A stretch of 63,773 bases of DNA, the filler included, from Octopus bimaculoides (lineage: Eukaryota), in assembly GCF_001194135.2 (NCBI RefSeq). It is 7 parts of 7 records of this genome, joined end to end, with 100 filler letters (N's around TTAATTAATTAA, not from the genome) between each part and the next. Parts side by side here need not be neighbours in the genome. Positions count along the whole stretch, not along the records: positions 1 to 8,951 come from NC_068993.1; positions 9,052 to 33,125 come from NC_069006.1; 5 more parts are not named here. One strand, given 5' to 3'. The notes beneath the pieces are model-generated. The model did not search any database and was not told the origin of the DNA. It was given only the letters and a program-made list of their open reading frames with translations. The translations under genes and the position numbers were made by a program. Of the stretch, positions 1 to 14,269 are shown piece after piece (position 1 is the first letter of the stretch; each line of letters opens with the position of its first letter).

Positions 1-182
1 GTCTGTCGCTATGTTCTGAGTTCAAATTCCACCAGGGTCGACTTTACCTCTCATCTTTGCGGGGTCGATAAATTAAGTACCAGCTAAGTACTGGGGTCAG
101 TGCAATTGACTATCCCCCCCCCCAAATTTCAGGCCTTGTGCCTATAATAGAAAGGATTATTATTATTATTATTATTATTATT
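1..182 (+). mobile_element. SINE family A, 3' part with (ATT)n tail
   Basis: Same B-box and body as 48871-49084. Cut by the window start. Confidence 0.85.
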
Positions 183-505
183 GAGTGAGAGAGCAGTGCA
201 TGCCATCAAACTGACACTGGGGTGAAATATACAAAGCCCAATATACCCATCATGACTACCCGTCTGATAAGAGTACACCAGGCACATGCATCACAACCAT
301 ATGTGCACCACATGGTGATCTCATATCAAGATAAACAGTGCCTGACCTTGCAGGTGAGTCCCAATTAGAATTTTCTTCAGGTTGAGTAGCCCATCCTGCT
401 CAAAAGGTCCCTGAATGAGGGTTGTTTAAGGATGTTGAACAAAACACCCATGTTTCCAGAGGTGAATTATCCAAACCCCAAAAAATTCCTTTCAACACAT
501 GGCTA
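183..505 (-). mobile_element. Truncated copy of the (AAT)n-anchored element
   Basis: Reverse complement matches ~46500-46820. It abuts the (ATT)n tail of a SINE at 148-182. Confidence 0.8.
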
Positions 506-1394
506 TATATATATATTTTTTTTTTTTCTGTAGTTTCAGCTCAGAGCTGTGGCCATATATATGTGTGTGTCTGTGTGTATTTGTGTTTGTCTCTTTCTAC
601 TGCTTCACAGCTGATGTTGGTTTGTTTATGTCCTATAACTTAGTAGTTTGGCAAGAAAGACCAACAGCAAAGGTACAGGACATAGAAATAAGTCCTGGGG
701 TGGGGGCGATTTGATCAACTAAACCCTTCAAGGCGATGCCCCAGCATGGCCATAAGATCAATGACTGAAACAAAAGATAAATGGTAAAAGATACTTATGT
801 GCAAATGCAGCTTTATTTGTATGACTCGCCTAAAGACACAGAAGAACCTAGCAAGCTTGAAGAGCTACTGTTGAAAGCATGATTCTAAGAACTGTCAGTA
901 ATAGTCTTCCTGGGACTCAAGTTGACAGCCAAAATGTGTATGTATATATGTGTGTGTGTGTATGTGCGTGTGTTTGTCTCCAAACTGTTGATGAATGCTG
1001 ATTTTTATCTCTGCTTTTATTGCTTGAAGTGGATACAAGATGAACCACCCTCTGGGGAAGACCTATTAGTCTATCACAAGTGACATCACTAGAAGATCAG
1101 CTACTTATTCCAGTCAATCATCAATAACATAGAAGTAATTATCCCTGCTTATTTGTGAGGAGGCTGGGATTCAAATTCCCAACTGGCAAGATGGTTCATC
1201 TTTTGATGAGTCTCTGCATGATTGTTAAACTTGCTAGAAATAACCACCATGTTTTCCTCACATCATACCATAATGTCTTCATAAATGAAGACATTGGACA
1301 ACTGAAGTAATTGAAATCCTATATATATGTATATATATATATATATATAAAAGCAAAAAATCTAGTTCTAAAATCTCTCTGAGAGATGAACGCA

Positions 1395-1433
<39 letters not shown>

Positions 1434-2267
1434 TGGCTAAACTGGCAATATGACCATCCCCAAGTACAACAACATATTTATATATATATTTATATAATAC
1501 AAATAATGAGTATATGCATATATATGTACATGTATGTACATACCTACATTTACCTGTATATATAGATGCATGTCTGGGTACAGGACGTTGCAAACAAAAC
1601 GTAGACAAAAAAAAAAATAAACAGAGTACAGAAAACACACAGGCCACATAGAGAACATTTCCTTCATCAGCTGCCACCATTCTAACACTGGTGTTTCGAA
1701 GAGTTGGGGCATATATATATATATATATATATAAAATACACCATTTTGAACGTGGCCGTTGCNNNNNNNNNNNNNNNNNNNNNNNNNNNNNNNNNNNNNN
1801 NNNNNNNNNNNNNNNNNNNNNNNNNNNNNNNNNNNNNNNNNNNNNNNNNNNNNNNNNNNNNNNNNNNNNNNNNNNNNNNNNNNNNNNNNNNNNNNNNNNN
1901 NNNNNNNNNNNNNNNNNNNNNNNNNNNNNNNNNNNNNNNNNNNNNNNNNNNNNNNNNNNNNNNNNNNNNNNNNNNNNNNNNNNNNNNNNNNNNNNNNNNN
2001 NNNNNNNNNNNNNNNNNNNNNNNNNNNNNNNNNNNNNNNNNNNNNNNNNNNNNNNNNNNNNNNNNNNNNNNNNNNNNNNNNNNNNNNNNNNNNNNNNNNN
2101 NNNNNNNNNNNNNNNNNNNNNNNNNNNNNNNNNNNNNNNNNNNNNNNNNNNNNNNNNNNNNNNNNNNNNNNNNNNNNNNNNNNNNNNNNNNNNNNNNNNN
2201 NNNNNNNNNNNNNNNNNNNNNNNNNNNNNNNNNNNNNNNNNNNNNNNNNNNNNNNNNNNNNNNNNNN

Positions 2268-2312
<45 letters not shown>

Positions 2313-3624
2313 CTGTTCAGAGACACACTTAAACCCAACTATAAATTTGAACTATAAATTTGCTAATTTGATTTATTATACACAAACTCATTTTAAACTT
2401 CCATGACCAATAGCCTTTAACCTTAGTGACCCCGTAGTGGCTCGTGACTTTTGACCTTAATGAATTGTTCAGTTGCCACTAAATGTTTCATGTTCCTCTA
2501 TTTGGTCACCCAACCTGTTAGAAATAGCAGCCAACCTTCCATATACATTTTATACACCTATTATTTTAGAAACGATAAGTTGATCATAACAGGAACACTC
2601 ATTGATAATGGGCTGCTCATTTAGAGCAACAGGTGAAGTCAGGCTGTTTATGTTCATATATTACCAAGATATTGTCTGTCTGGAAATCACAACTACTAGG
2701 GGACATGCTCTTTTGATTTTTTTTTGTTGTGGGTATGTGCAAAGATTTGTATTGTATGCAAAGTTTGTCTTTCTTTACAAAGTGTGTGTGTGCATCCATG
2801 CAAATAACCACTCTTATGCACCATGTTTATTTTTTTTCTGTGCTAGTTATAAGATGTGTTTGTGTGTGTGTGTGCATGTGCATGCATCCATGTGCACACC
2901 CACACATACAAGTGGACAGCTTGGAAGGAAAATTCCTAGGAAAGTTAAGTGAAATGGTTTAACCACAGATAAGGCTTCCAGCTCAAATATTACTTGTCGT
3001 GGGCCTCCACCAGCTTTTAACAATGCTTGAATATCACATGCTCATCCATGCATGCTCACACACACACATACACTTATGTTAATAACTATACCTATGATGT
3101 TTATTTATATATGGCACTCTTTTGATTATGATGACGATGTTCCAGTTGATCCAATCAACAGAACATCCTGCTCATGAAATCAACATGCAAGTGACAGAGC
3201 ACTTCTCAGACTCACATACCCTTAACATAGTTCTGAGGGAGATACAGCGTGATACAGAATGTGGCAAGGCTGGCCCCTTCGAAATACAGGTACAACTTAT
3301 TTTTCCCAACTGAGTAGACTGAAGCAATGTGAAATAAAGTGTCTTGCTCAAAGATACAACACACCACCAGGAATCGAACTCACACCCTTATGACCACTAG
3401 CCAAATACCCTAACCACTAAGCCATGTGCTTTCACATTTATATATATATATATATATATGTTTATTTGTATGCATATGTGCTTATTTATATATATATGTA
3501 TGTTTATTTGTATGTTGGGTTCAGTCCTACTGTGCTGTACCTTGGGCAAGTGTCTTCTAATATAGTCCCAGGCTGGCCACTCGACCAACACCTTGTGAAT
3601 GAAGTGGATAGAAATAATAATAAA

Positions 3625-4088
3625 TAGCACCATTTGAGCGTGATCGTTACCAGCGTCGCCTTACTGGCACTTGTACCGGTGGCACGTTAGAAAACATTTG
3701 AGCGAAGTCATTGCCAGTGCCGCTGGACTGACTCCCGTGCAGGTGGCATGTAAAAAACACCATTTTGAGCGTGGCCGTTGCCAGTACCGCATGACTGGCC
3801 CTCGTGTCGATGGCACGTAAAAGCACTCACTACACTCTCGGAGTGGTTGGCGTTAGGAAGGGCATCCAGCTGTAGAAACTCTGCCAGATCAGATTGNNNN
3901 NNNNNNCGTAAAAGCACTCACTACACTCTCGGAGTGGTTGGCGTTAGGAAGGGCATCCAGCTGTAGAAACTCTGCCAGATCAGATTGGAGCCTGGTGCAG
4001 CCATCTGGTTCGCCAGTCCTCAGTCAAATCGTCCAACCCATGCTAGCATGGAAAGCAGACGTTAAACGATGATGATGATGATGATGAT
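3625..4088 (+). mobile_element. SINE/LINE-tail family D ending in (GAT)n
   Basis: gagtggttggcgttaggaagggcatccagctgtagaa core and tail ccaacccatgctagcatggaaagcagacgttaaac(gat)n. Relatives at ~11360-11700(-), 26050-26250(-) and 37020-37115(+). Confidence 0.8.
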
Positions 4089-4534
4089 GTGCTTCTTGGT
4101 TTGTACTGCTGAAGATGATCAGTCCACTTGTGCAAGCATGTCAACAACTGGCACTCGGTCAGTTATGACCATGAGGGATTCCAGTTGATCTGATCAATGG
4201 AGTAGCCTGCTCATGAAGTTAACATGTAAGTGGCTGAGCACTCCACAGACACATGTACCCTTACTGTAGTTCTCAGAGAATTTCATCATGATACAGAATG
4301 TGACAAGGTGGGCCCTTTGAAATACAGGCACCATTCATATTTGCCAGCTGAGTGGACTAGAGCACCATGAAATAAAGTGTCTTGCTCAAGGAGTCAATGT
4401 GCCACTGGAAATTGAACTCATGACCTTACAACCATGAGCTGAATACCCTGACCACTAAGCCACATGCAAGCATGTCAAATAGACCATTATTATTATTATT
4501 ATCATTATTATTATTATTATTATTATTTGGGCAG

Positions 4535-4960
4535 TGGCTTTGCCTAATTGTTAAAGTGTTGGTTAAAATGTCTTTCAGTATTTTCTCCATCTCTTTACAT
4601 TCTGAGTTCAAATTCCACCAAGGTCGACTTTGCCTTTCATCCTTTGGGGTCTGATAAAATAAGTACCAGTTGATCGCTGGGGTCGATGTAATCGACTCAT
4701 CCTCTCTCCCAAAATTGCTTCTCTTGTAGCAAAATTTGAAACCATTATTATCGGGACGTTGCATTCACCTAATTGTTAAAAGTGTTGGTCAAAATGCTTT
4801 CCGGTTTTGTTCCAGCTCTTTATGTTCTGAGTTCAAATCCTGCCAAAGTCAATTTTGCTTTTCATCATTTCCAAGGTTGATAAAATAAAGTACCAGTCAG
4901 AATCAACTGGGGTTGATTTAATCAACTAAGTCCTCACCTTGAAATTCCTGACCTTGTGTT
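4535..4960 (+). mobile_element. Two tandem SINE family A copies (~4535-4750 and ~4765-4960)
   Basis: Two successive ttctgagttcaaat...ctttgcctttcatc...gataaaataagtaccag bodies. Confidence 0.8.
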
Positions 4961-5544
4961 TGTGTTTGAAACAAATCAATATTTCATGTCTGTGTCAAAT
5001 CTTGGAATCATTTCCTAAACCATCCAAACAACAAAGTATCTGGTAATCAGAGATTGTTGTTTGTGAGACTATAAAAAGAAATTTTTTTTTTTTTTGAAAT
5101 ATTGAAAATAGTTGTTAACACAATTGAGAAAAAAAAAATTCATGACAAAAATAGGAATTGCAACAAGAATGCTTGTGCAGTGACTCCTAGTTTGTGTATC
5201 ACCACCACCACCACCATCATCATCACCATCATTATTATCATCATCACTGCTGCCGTCGCCACCACCACTGCTATCATCATCATCATCATTGTCATAATAT
5301 CCACTTTTTTATATTTGCATGGATCTGAAAGAATTCTTTGAGGCAGATTTTCTGCTGCTGATTGTCTTTCCTCCCTTCCAGCCTCATTTGGCTTCAAGGC
5401 AGGTCGTATGTCCTCCATGGCCTGACACATTTTCATGCAAGAATGGAAAAAAAGAACACCGTTTATATGAAGATGATGCTTGTTTAGATTTATCATATAA
5501 AATCAAGACAAAAAAAAAAATCACACACATACACACACAGTGTT

Positions 5545-5730
5545 ACACATTGCCTAAGTGTACCAATCTTGAGGAATTAGGCTTCTCAAAACCAGAAAGG
5601 AGAAAACTGATTTGTAGACTACAGATCCAAGCCATCAATGGAGCCATAACAATTTGTAAAGCCTTCCAGAAATTTATCATTTAAGTATATATGTGCATAT
5701 CTAGACATGCAGCTATATGCATGAGAACCC
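5545..5730 (+). mobile_element. 3' fragment of the same R4-like family as 55108-56280
   Basis: Encodes LEELGFSKPERRKLICRLQIQAINGAITICKAFQKFII*. The 3'UTR is similar to 56100-56250. Confidence 0.8.
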
Positions 5731-6853
5731 TGGTTTAGATAAACAAATTGATCTCATTACTTTTTTTTTTTTAGTCTTCTGTTGGTCCTATTAGCTGAAC
5801 CACCAAGTTGCAGGTATACAGGTTGTCAAGTGGTTGTGAGATACAAACACCACACACACACACACACACGTGACAAACTTCAACTCAGTTACCATCTGCC
5901 AAATTTTCTCACAAGATATTGATTAGCCCATGGCTATGGTAGAGGACACTTGCCCCGGGTGCTGCACAGTGGAACTGAACCCAAAACCCATATGGTTACA
6001 AACTGAGCTTCTTGACCACACCAGCTAAACCTACACCGACATAACGTGTTTCCAAAGGAAAATTTATGCTTTATTAAATGTTTATATTTGTTTGTGTATG
6101 TTTATGTATTAAACACCGATTTGCTTCCTGTGGGTATAAATTGAGGGAATGGAATTCTTTTTTTTTTCCAAAATTTCCAATGGATGGGATATGCCCGAGT
6201 TCTTAATTGTTTGTAGTGTTGGTGGTAGTGGTGGGAGGTCATCTTGGTAAATTCTTGAACAAGAATGTTAATGAATGTTATATATATATATATTGTGTGT
6301 GTGTGTGTGATTAAAAGCAGCAAGGTGTGGATGGATGGGTGGAGGCGATAAGTAAACGCCATAAAAGTTGGCTAGAATTCAACTGCTCTTATATTTTATT
6401 ATTCCTACAGAACTACTGGAAGTTAATAATCAATATTAATCTGGTCATAAAATGGTAACCACACCAGAACCCATGTGGCCCAATTCTTTGAAAAATCAGT
6501 CAGAAAACACACACACACACACAGAGCAATGTGTACATTTATCACATTTAGAGATGTACAATATATATTCAAATTCGTATGTATATGTATGTATGTGTGT
6601 ATACACGCACGCACATACATTGTCATACATTAAATTGTTCCGCGCTCTCTCTTTACTTATGAGAGAAAGAGAGAGAGAGAGCAATAAAAGAATAAAAGAT
6701 TGAGAGCGCGCGCACTCACACACACACAGACACACACACAGACACACACACACAGACACACACACTCATGTAAACACATACAATATGAACAAGGAAGAAA
6801 CAGCGATAAAAGAAATATTGAACACATACATACATACGTGTGTACATATGTAA

Positions 6854-6893
<40 letters not shown>

Positions 6894-6932
6894 ATAAAAT
6901 ATATATTGAATATAGATACAAACATAATATAA

Positions 6933-7006
<74 letters not shown>

Positions 7007-7085
7007 TAAAAATGTGATTTAGAATTACTATCAAATTGAAAATTTATACTTTGTATGTGTATATATAGATATAGAGATGTGTGTG

Positions 7086-7140
<55 letters not shown>

Positions 7141-8465
7141 TACATACGCGCGCACACACACATACATTTATTCACGTGCGCACTTACACGTGTGTATACA
7201 GAAGAGAGCGTGCACGCACGCACAAACACACGCGCGCGCTCTTATATATACATCCATTTACATATATTCTTATATATAATTATGTATATGAGAGAAAGAG
7301 AAACAGTAAACGAATGGGTGAGAATGACGGTGGGTGGGGGAAGTGTTTCTTAGCTTCACACACGGACACGCGCACGCATGTATACTTACATTTGCATATA
7401 TGTTATATATAAATACGCATATAAGCATCATTCACCATCAACTCCACCGCCACCATTACCACCACCGCCACCAGTACCACCACCTCCTCCGCTGGCACCA
7501 CCACTCTCTTCTCTCCTGCTAAACCTCACGCCAAGCTGTTGTGCTAGCTTAGCAAATGTTGACCTACTAAAAAAGCCTGTAATATACTATGACTGATTGA
7601 AGATAACTAAATCGTGTGCACTGTTGTAGATAGTTACAGTCAGTATGGTTTAGTTCCTGCTAGCAATAGTACACTTGACTCTGGCCTTGAACAGGCTCCT
7701 TCTAACTATCTCTTTATTTTCTCTCTCTCTGTTTATCTCTTTCTTTCCCTTTTTGTTTCTGTCTCTTTTCCCATTACTCTCTCTCTCTCTCTCTCACTCT
7801 CTTTACCTTCATCTTCAGTTGCTGTTAGTAAAAGCCTCCTCATCACTTAAATCAATTACAGCTATACTGGTGCCAGAAGTTGTTATTCTTGTTGGCGATG
7901 AAAAACAATAACGTTAATATACAATACACACAAAAATCACAAGAATATATGTATCTATGTAATGTAATTGTGTGTGTGTGTGTGTGTATGTATTAAGGTA
8001 ACCCTATTACCTGAATCCACATTTAAAAATAATCCATACACAATGTTTAGTGCAATGATAATTAATAAATGTTTATATTTGTGTTTATGTATATATTTGT
8101 GTGTGTGTGTGTGTGTAAATATATATGCACATAAGTATCTCTCATCTATATATGTATGACTTTCTATAAATGTATGTGTATAATATAATTCATATGAAAG
8201 ATGATAGTTGGATGAAGTACCGAGCAGTTCAAATCAGGCAAGCATGGTCGTAAAATAATGTGTGTGTGTGTGTTCATGTCCCGTATCTTAACAGTTCAAC
8301 AAATAAAGAGTGATAAAATAGGTACTTGACTGAAGTATTCATTGGGGTTGATAGGATCGGCAACATGTGTGAAGGTAGCACCTTTACATAGTTGTAACCC
8401 AAGTATTGAGAGCAGTGAAAGAAAAAAAAATTAAAGAATATGAGTATTTCACACACACACACACA

Positions 8466-8506
<41 letters not shown>

Positions 8507-8539
8507 TTATATAGTACGCAATAATGACTTTCGTATATC

Positions 8540-8951
8540 TTTTACTTGTTTCAGTCATTGGATGGCGGCCATACTAGGGCACTGCCTTGTAGGGTTTTTA
8601 GTCAGATAGACTGAGCTAAGTATTTATTTTTTATAAGTCTGGTACTTATTCTAACAGCCTTACTGCCAAACCTCTAAGTTACAGGGATGTTAGCAAATCC
8701 ACACTGGTTGTCAAGCAGAGAGTGAGACAAACATAAACACAAATACATATATACACACACAGTATATATATACTCTTTTACTCTTTTACTTGTTTCAGTC
8801 ATTTGACTGCGGCCATGCTGGAGCACCGCCTTTAGTCGAATCAAATCAACCCCAGGACTTATTCTTTGTAAGCCTAGTACTTATTCTATTGGGTCACTTT
8901 TTGCCGAACCGCTAAGTTACGGGGACGTGATCACACCAGCATCGGTTGTCA
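8540..8951 (-). mobile_element. Two tandem SINE family B tails
   Basis: Repeated tttacttgtttcagtcatt...ggccat... Other family B copies at ~620-775(+), 5770-6030(-), 10330-10500(-), 17480-17640(+), 23040-23380(-), 26270-26400(-), 29655-29880(+), 31615-31910(-), 45290-45430(+) and 63575-63773(+). Confidence 0.8.
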
Positions 8952-9051
8952 NNNNNNNNNNNNNNNNNNNNNNNNNNNNNNNNNNNNNNNNNNNNTTAAT
9001 TAATTAANNNNNNNNNNNNNNNNNNNNNNNNNNNNNNNNNNNNNNNNNNNN

Positions 9052-9108
<57 letters not shown>

Positions 9109-10535
9109 TATATGTAGCTAAGTTTGGGACCATAATCTATGTAACACTGCAGTTATTTGTGAGGGATCATTGCGGTGACTTCACTGGAGATGTAACTCAC
9201 TTCTTCTCATGCCATTACACCATACTCTATATGTCTGTCTGTCTGTCTCTCCAATAATAATTGTAGTTGTTGTTGGTTAGCCTTTAGTCCCAAGTCTGCC
9301 CTGATCTAACAGACATTCAAACCATGACCTTTCCATCTCTTTACAGGTTTGGGGGACTTATCTAATGTCTTTTCTTTGTTTAAGAAAGTAAGGTGTAGTT
9401 TGAGAGATTTTGTCTGTTGTTTCTAGCATATTGACCAACCATGTAAAGCTTCCTTTCATGGCTGCTCCCCTTTCTCTTTTCCTGTTCTGCTTGGTTGTGT
9501 GTGTGCTTATACAGTTTTCTTTAAATGTTTATTTTAACTGTATTATCAGTAGCAAAGCCTCTTTGTTACATTATATACACAAGTCCTTCAGTTCCTCCCT
9601 TTCGGGTTTTGTATGTACACACACTCCTTGCATGTAAACCAGAAGTAGTACTTAATGCTCTTAGACATATATATATGTGTGTGTGTGTGTGTAATTAAAC
9701 AACATAACCTTGATTAATGATAACCTTTATAAATTGCCCTCTTAATGAGCTACAGAAACTAAGTTGATAACTTGACCTAGATAAGTGTGTAGCTGATACA
9801 GCAGACACTTCATCTAGCCATGTGTTGAGGGCTGNNNNNNNNNNNNNNNNNNNNNNNNNNNNNNNNNNNNNNNNNNNNNNNNNNNNNNNNNNNNNNNNNN
9901 NNNNNNNNNNNNNNNNNNNNNNNNNNNNNNNNNNCTTTTTCTTTTTTTTTTTTTTTTAGCATTCGCTTGTTAAAAGGTCCTCAGACCACTGAAAACGTAA
10001 GAGCTATTATTATTATTAAGCTACTAGATTATTTTGATGTATAAAATATCACTTCATAAAAATCTCTCTCTCTCTTTCGTTCCACTCACACTTGTATAAT
10101 ACATCTACTTGGAGAAGTTACATGTTTTGGCCCTTGTTGGTGGTCCAAGCCATCTAACCATCAGGAGTAGTCTTTTAAGTCTTGTTTCAGGCCATCTCAT
10201 CCCACTCAGAGAGGGAGTTGTTATTTGCCGAGATGTATTCAGGTATTGATTCATTTTGAGAGCAATTTATTCAGATAGCCATCTTGTAGCAAATCCCATA
10301 GACACAAACATACACACACACACACACACACACACAACGGGCTTCTTTCAGTGTTCTGTCTACCATATCCACTCACAAGGCTTTCGTTGGCCTGAGGCTA
10401 TAGTAGAAGACACTTGCTGGAGGTTTCACACAGTGGAGCTGAGCCCGGAACCATGTGGTTGGGAAGCAAGCTTCTTACCACACGACCACTCCTGTATGTA
10501 CACATCTCACTCATTCTCTCCCTTCTCTCTGTATT

Positions 10536-10564
<29 letters not shown>

Positions 10565-10570
<6 letters not shown>

Positions 10571-10860
10571 GATCAATGAAAATGTAAAAGTGGGCATAAC
10601 TTTTTCATTTACCAACATAGGCTGTTGTCCAGATTGTACAAGAGATAAGTTACTCTAGCAACAACATGTGCAAAGGTGCAACATGTCAGACTCTCCATCA
10701 CAACTGATGCACACTTGCACCCATTTCTTCACAGCCACTTTCACCTCATCTGTGTCATCAAATTCTTCTGAAGACTCTCCTTTATTAGACTGAACAGGTG
10801 GACGACACCAGATCTGGGCTGTACATTGGATGGGAGACCATCTTACCAACCCAGTTTGCT
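10565..10860 (-). mobile_element. Degenerate mariner 3' remnant
   Basis: Minus strand HPMYSPDL (YSPDL motif), then EEFDDTDEVKVAVKKW. CpG-decayed TIR-like tgagggatcaatgaaaa at ~10565. Confidence 0.7.
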
Positions 10861-12746
10861 AAGTGTCTGATTGTTTTTTTGTTTTTTTTTTACCAAAAAT
10901 GTGTGATTGTGGATTGTTTTATTCTGCTTGTTGTGGTATAAACAACCTTAACAATGGAATGGTATCAAAATATTAAGATTTATATTTTTTTCCATCATTT
11001 AACATCCGTTTTCCACAGGAATTGGTGCTGTGTTAGGGGCCTCTGTGTGTGTGTATATGTGTATGTATATTCCTGTGTATGTATCTGTACCTTCACAAAA
11101 TACTTTACTATATTCAGTTTCATTGTTTTTTTTATTTCTATTCTCATCAGTTTGATTTCCCTGTCACACATTCCAGGGTGCGTGTGTGTTGGTCTGGGCA
11201 TGCACGTGAAAGTCAATGTCTAATTACACCCAATATTCGTGCATGCATTTTAATCCCAAGCTGCCAGCTTAAACAATGGCTTGAGTTAGCAGATTATATG
11301 TATATATATTTTCTTAATATTTTTCAGTATATTTTGTGCTCCATGCTAATGTGTGTGTGTCATCATCATCATTATCATCATCATTGTTCATGCTGGCATG
11401 GGTTGGACAGTTTGACCAGGGCTGGTAAGCTAGAAGGCTGCCCCAGACCCCAATTTGATTTGGCGTGGTTTCGACAGCTGGATGCCCATCCTAACACCAA
11501 CCACTCCGAGAGTGTGATGGGTGCTTTTATGTGCCACTGGCACGGGTGCCATTTGTGTGACACTGGTATCTGCCACGACTGTGATTTTGCTTGGCATGGT
11601 GGGTCTTCTCAAGCACAACATAATGCCAAAGGTCTTGGTCATTGTCTCCGTGAGGCCCAACACTCAAAAGGAGCTTTTCACATGCCACCGACATCAGCCA
11701 CAATTCATTGATATTCTTCGATAGTTGCCAGCCTCTCTGTCTGCCCCCAAATTAAGCTGTCTTATGATTGAAGCCAATCCAGTTATGGTCATCTTGTCTT
11801 TTTAAAGGCATTTTCCAAAACACAATTTTCAAGACGATAGTGTGTTTTGAGGGAAATGCAGTTCCTATTTCATCTAGCTCAAGTGACCACATAGAGGATG
11901 CCCTGTTAGTCTCCTGTTTTATTTTGGTTATCAGTTATTCTATCCCCATCCCCTCCACGAAACAGTGACTGTTTCATTGAGACATGTAAATAGAGAGCTT
12001 TTCTTGCCGCTGTTCATTATGAGTCTTCCATTTGTTCAACTGAGAAAACCACCAACTCCTGGCATTATAGTTAGTGGTGGCTGGGAGCATTACACAGACA
12101 CTTGTGTTTGGACATCCATCCGCCACCCACCCACCAAATACATACGTACATATGTACTTATATAGTTTGAGGTGTGTTTTAAACACAGTCCTTTTGTAAC
12201 TTGGATCTTTTGGGATGTTTTTTAAGAACTCTCACACACACACACACACACACTTTTCCTCTCTAATATTTACCATGATCCTATATAATAGAAATTTGAA
12301 GTCATGTATATTTACACTCATCAACTGCTGCACAAAACACATATATACACACACACACACATACACACACCAGACTCACTCGCTCCCATTCACACACACA
12401 CACGTTAGATTCACTCGCCCCCATTCACATGTACACGCTCACAGACACTATTCTCACATACACACACCTTTGTTCGTTGGGGTCACCATTACCTTTACTG
12501 TTATTGTCATTATTATTATCATCATCTCCCTTTCATTCAACCTCTTTTTTCCCAGTCATCTCGCCAGGTTCGACTGTTGAACTCTGCACATTTTCTCTCT
12601 CTCCAGTTTGACCTCTTAATCCTTTCTGTTGAAGAATTTAGGTTTGAAACGTAAAAGATTTCTCCATTTTCCCTCAGTGTGAAACTAATACACCTACCTG
12701 CTTGTTGTTCCTACACCTGTCTTTGTTTTTTGTTTTCTGTTAATTT

Positions 12747-12838
<92 letters not shown>

Positions 12839-13489
12839 ATATACAGATGTGTGTATATGTGTTTTATATATATATATATATATATACACGCACACACACA
12901 CATGTACATACACACATTTATCGATAGATGTATATGGGGAAACTCCATGTTATTTTTGTCCATCTCCCTGACAAACATCTTCACAATCCCTGCGGTATTC
13001 TCCCTCCCCTGTATCTCCCACTCTTCCATCACACCCTCATACCTCTACCTGTATACAATGTGTCCCTGTGGAATCTCTTTGTCTCAGCATATCCTCCTAA
13101 CACCCCTCCCTCCAATTGTGTCTGCTCACTACAGTCTCCCCCCCGCTGTCCACCTCCCACTCACCCACCCATTCACCCTGTCCAATCCTTGGTTCCTCTT
13201 CACTTGAGTCCAACCCCACCCTTATCTCATCCTCACTCTTCTCCTCTCCAAACTCTCTCCTACTGGGCTAGCCATACATCACTCCTACAACAAGACACCT
13301 ATTTCTGTCCCTCTATTTCAACTCTAACCTCTCATCTGCCACAAAGCCACCCCTCCCTTAAAACTACTCTTTCCCTCACCTTCAGTTGTGGGGGTCATGT
13401 CTGGCTAGTCACTTGATGATGTCACTGTTGCTGGTGCAGAGGCACCGAGTATACTATGAATGGTTGGTTTTAGGAAAGGCATCAAAATA

Positions 13490-13795
13490 TTGAAGCTCGA
13501 AGATAATCCATGATTAATCCAAAACAAGGTGAATAAATAAGCTTTACATTTAATAGAATAATCTGAATGCTAAAAGGGTGAAATGACTATATCTGGCTCA
13601 TATATTTCTTCCTGTTTTTTGTTCAAACCAGAGAGATCTAGCCTCTCACACCTACTCTACAATGCCATTCTAAAAATAAACAATCACATCATTGAAATCT
13701 CAAAGCTATGAGATAATGCATGATTAATTCAAAACACCATGTGAATAAATAAGCATTAGGTTTAACAGAAGAATTTCAACGCTAAAAGAGTCAAC
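13490..13795. mobile_element. Possible TTAA/CCCT-ended (piggyBac-like) MITE family, degenerate
   Basis: aatctgaatgctaaaaggg ends, with an inverted relative at ~18890-19050 (ttaaccttttgccattcagatt...ttcacattgttttgaattag). Confidence 0.35.
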
Positions 13796-14215
13796 ACACC
13801 ATATGTGGAATGAGTCTGGTACAATAAACTCATAAAAGAATATATATATTTATGAATGAACTAAGATTTTCATTGTAAACTGATATACTTCTACATTTGA
13901 AGCATCACTTTCAGACAAACAGGCCGACAACGCTCTCTAACCATCACAGACTGTCTTTTGCCAATTATTGATTACATACCAAAGCACCTGATCTATTTTT
14001 TACTTCTATTTTTAGCTGTGCTATTTTTATCTTCTCAATATAATTGGTCAGTCAATGTGTTTATAAAACTAAATATATATATATATAATGCAAATAATAT
14101 ATATTATTTTATATATATACACACACACATATATTTCTATTGTATTTTTAACATGTATGCATATATTGTGTATATTATATAAATATATTTCTGTATATTA
14201 GATGTGTGCATTTAG

Positions 14216-14269
<54 letters not shown>

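Noticed and set aside
1437-2406. Long ORFs spanning N runs (also 20396-20971, 28039-29411, 39943-40461, 53868-54395)
   Set aside because: They stay open only because N codons contain no stops. The flanks are microsatellites.
3816-3987. 81-bp direct repeat
   Set aside because: Identical copies on either side of a ~10-N gap, most likely an unmerged contig overlap.
7378-7596. Polyproline, formin-like ORF
   Set aside because: Translation of a degenerate (CCA)n microsatellite, with no splice or domain support.
8996-9007. Recurrent TTAATTAATTAA motif (six copies)
   Set aside because: Always centred in 44N+44N. It is an artificial six-frame-stop spacer from assembly.
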